A stretch of 8,064 nt of DNA from Octopus sinensis (taxonomy: Eukaryota), in NCBI RefSeq assembly GCF_006345805.1, contig NW_021828667.1, positions 1-8,064 on the forward strand, written 5' to 3'. The notes under the pieces were generated by a model, which was not told where the DNA came from, made no database searches, and saw only the letters and a program-made list of their open reading frames with translations. Shown here piece after piece: positions 7,041-8,064 of this stretch (position 1 is its first letter; each line of letters opens with the position of its first letter). Both the position numbers and the translations under genes were made by a program.

Positions 7041-8064
7041 GTAATATTTATGCAATTTTGGGAGGTGGCCAAGATGTGAAGATACGAGGGTACTTGAGAT
7101 TATGTAATAGATTGCGTAATAAATTGCGTAATATATTATGTAATTTGGAGAGGTCCCTTGATGTGAAGATACGAGGGTACTTGAAATTATGTAATTGATT
7201 GCGTAATAAGTGCGTAATAATTATGCAATTTTGGGAGGTGCCAAGATGTGAAGATACGAGGGTACTTGAGATTATCTAATAGATTGCGTAATAAATTCGT
7301 AATATATTATGCAATTTTGGGATGTGCCAAGATGTGAAGATACAAGGGTACTTGAGATTATGTAATAGATTGCGTCATATATTGCGTAATATATTATGTA
7401 ATTTGTGAAAGTCTCTAGATTTATGTATATGAGGGTACTTGAGATTATGTAATAGATTGCGTAATAAATTGCGTAATATATTATGTAATTTGGAGAGGTC
7501 CCTTGATGTGAAGATACGAGGGTACTTGAGATTATGTAATTGATTGCGTAATAATTGCGTAATATATTATGCATTTTTGGGAGGTGCCAATATGTGAAGA
7601 TACGAGGGTACTTGAGATTATCTAATAGATTGCGTAATAAATTCGTAATATAATATCAATTTTGGGAGGTGCCATATGTGAAGATACGAGGGTACTTGAG
7701 ATTATGTAATAGATTGCGTAATAATTGTGTATATATTATGCAATTCGGATGTGCCAAGATGTGAAGATACGAGGTACTTGAGATTATATGTAATAGATTG
7801 CGTAATAAATTAGGTAATATATTATGTAATTTGTGGAAGTCTCTAGATTTAAGTATATGAGGGTACTTGAGATTATTAAATAAATTATGTAATAAATTGC
7901 GTATATAATATGCAATTTTGAAGGTGTGCCAGATGTGAAGATACGAGGGTACTTGAGATTATGTAATAGATTGCGTAATAAATTGTGTAATATATTATGC
8001 AATTTCGGGAGGTGCCAAGATATGAAGATATGAGAAAACTTGAGATTATGTAATAGATTGCGTA

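Larger units (their letters stand above)
1..8064. repeat. Satellite DNA array, 87-bp monomer, ~70 copies. Blocks at 1-439, 723-900, 1357-3738, 4018-4108, 4567-6259, 6543-6719 and 7041-8064, interrupted by retroelement remnants
   Basis: The anchor (G)AGGGTACTTGAGATTATGTAATAGATTGCGTAAT recurs every 87 bp (e.g. GAGATTATG at 1745 and 1832). The 29-aa periodicity of the ORFs on both strands agrees. Confidence 0.98.
6260..8064. repeat. Higher-order repeat unit 3 (partial, rearranged): A + 2 monomers + truncated B + ~12 monomers
   Basis: From ~7440 to 8064 it follows variants 7-13 of the shared order and ends with the GAGAAAACTT monomer at 8032. The first ~5 monomers after B differ from units 1 and 2. 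Confidence 0.8.

Overview
The whole window is eukaryotic tandem-repeat (satellite) DNA with no intact gene. About 70 copies of an AT-rich 87-bp monomer fill it (consensus GAGATTATGTAATAGATTGCGTAATAAATTGCGTAATATATTATGCAATTTTGGGAGGTGCCAAGATGTGAAGATACGAGGGTACTT). Each monomer has four 12-bp subrepeats plus a ~39-bp segment that occurs in several variant types. The array is interrupted three times by the same pair of 5'-truncated, + strand non-LTR retrotransposon 3' ends: family A (~280 bp) and family B (~455 bp). Both encode the C-terminal restriction-like endonuclease (RLE) region typical of the CRE clade. Five of the six copies end in poly(A); the third B copy has lost its 3' end. A and B are distinct families (40/69 aa identical by my manual alignment), yet both poly(A) tails join the satellite at the same register, the left edge of a 26-bp near-perfect palindrome. 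Satellite plus A plus B has then been amplified as a higher-order repeat of variable length (~3.3 kb and ~2.5 kb). The best candidate for a novel system is a satellite-targeting CRE-type retrotransposon lineage. This rests on only two independent insertion events. All satellite ORFs in the six-frame track are artefacts of the 87-bp (29-codon) period. Single-base indels are more frequent in the outer parts of the window and look like long-read error. The host organism cannot be identified from the sequence.
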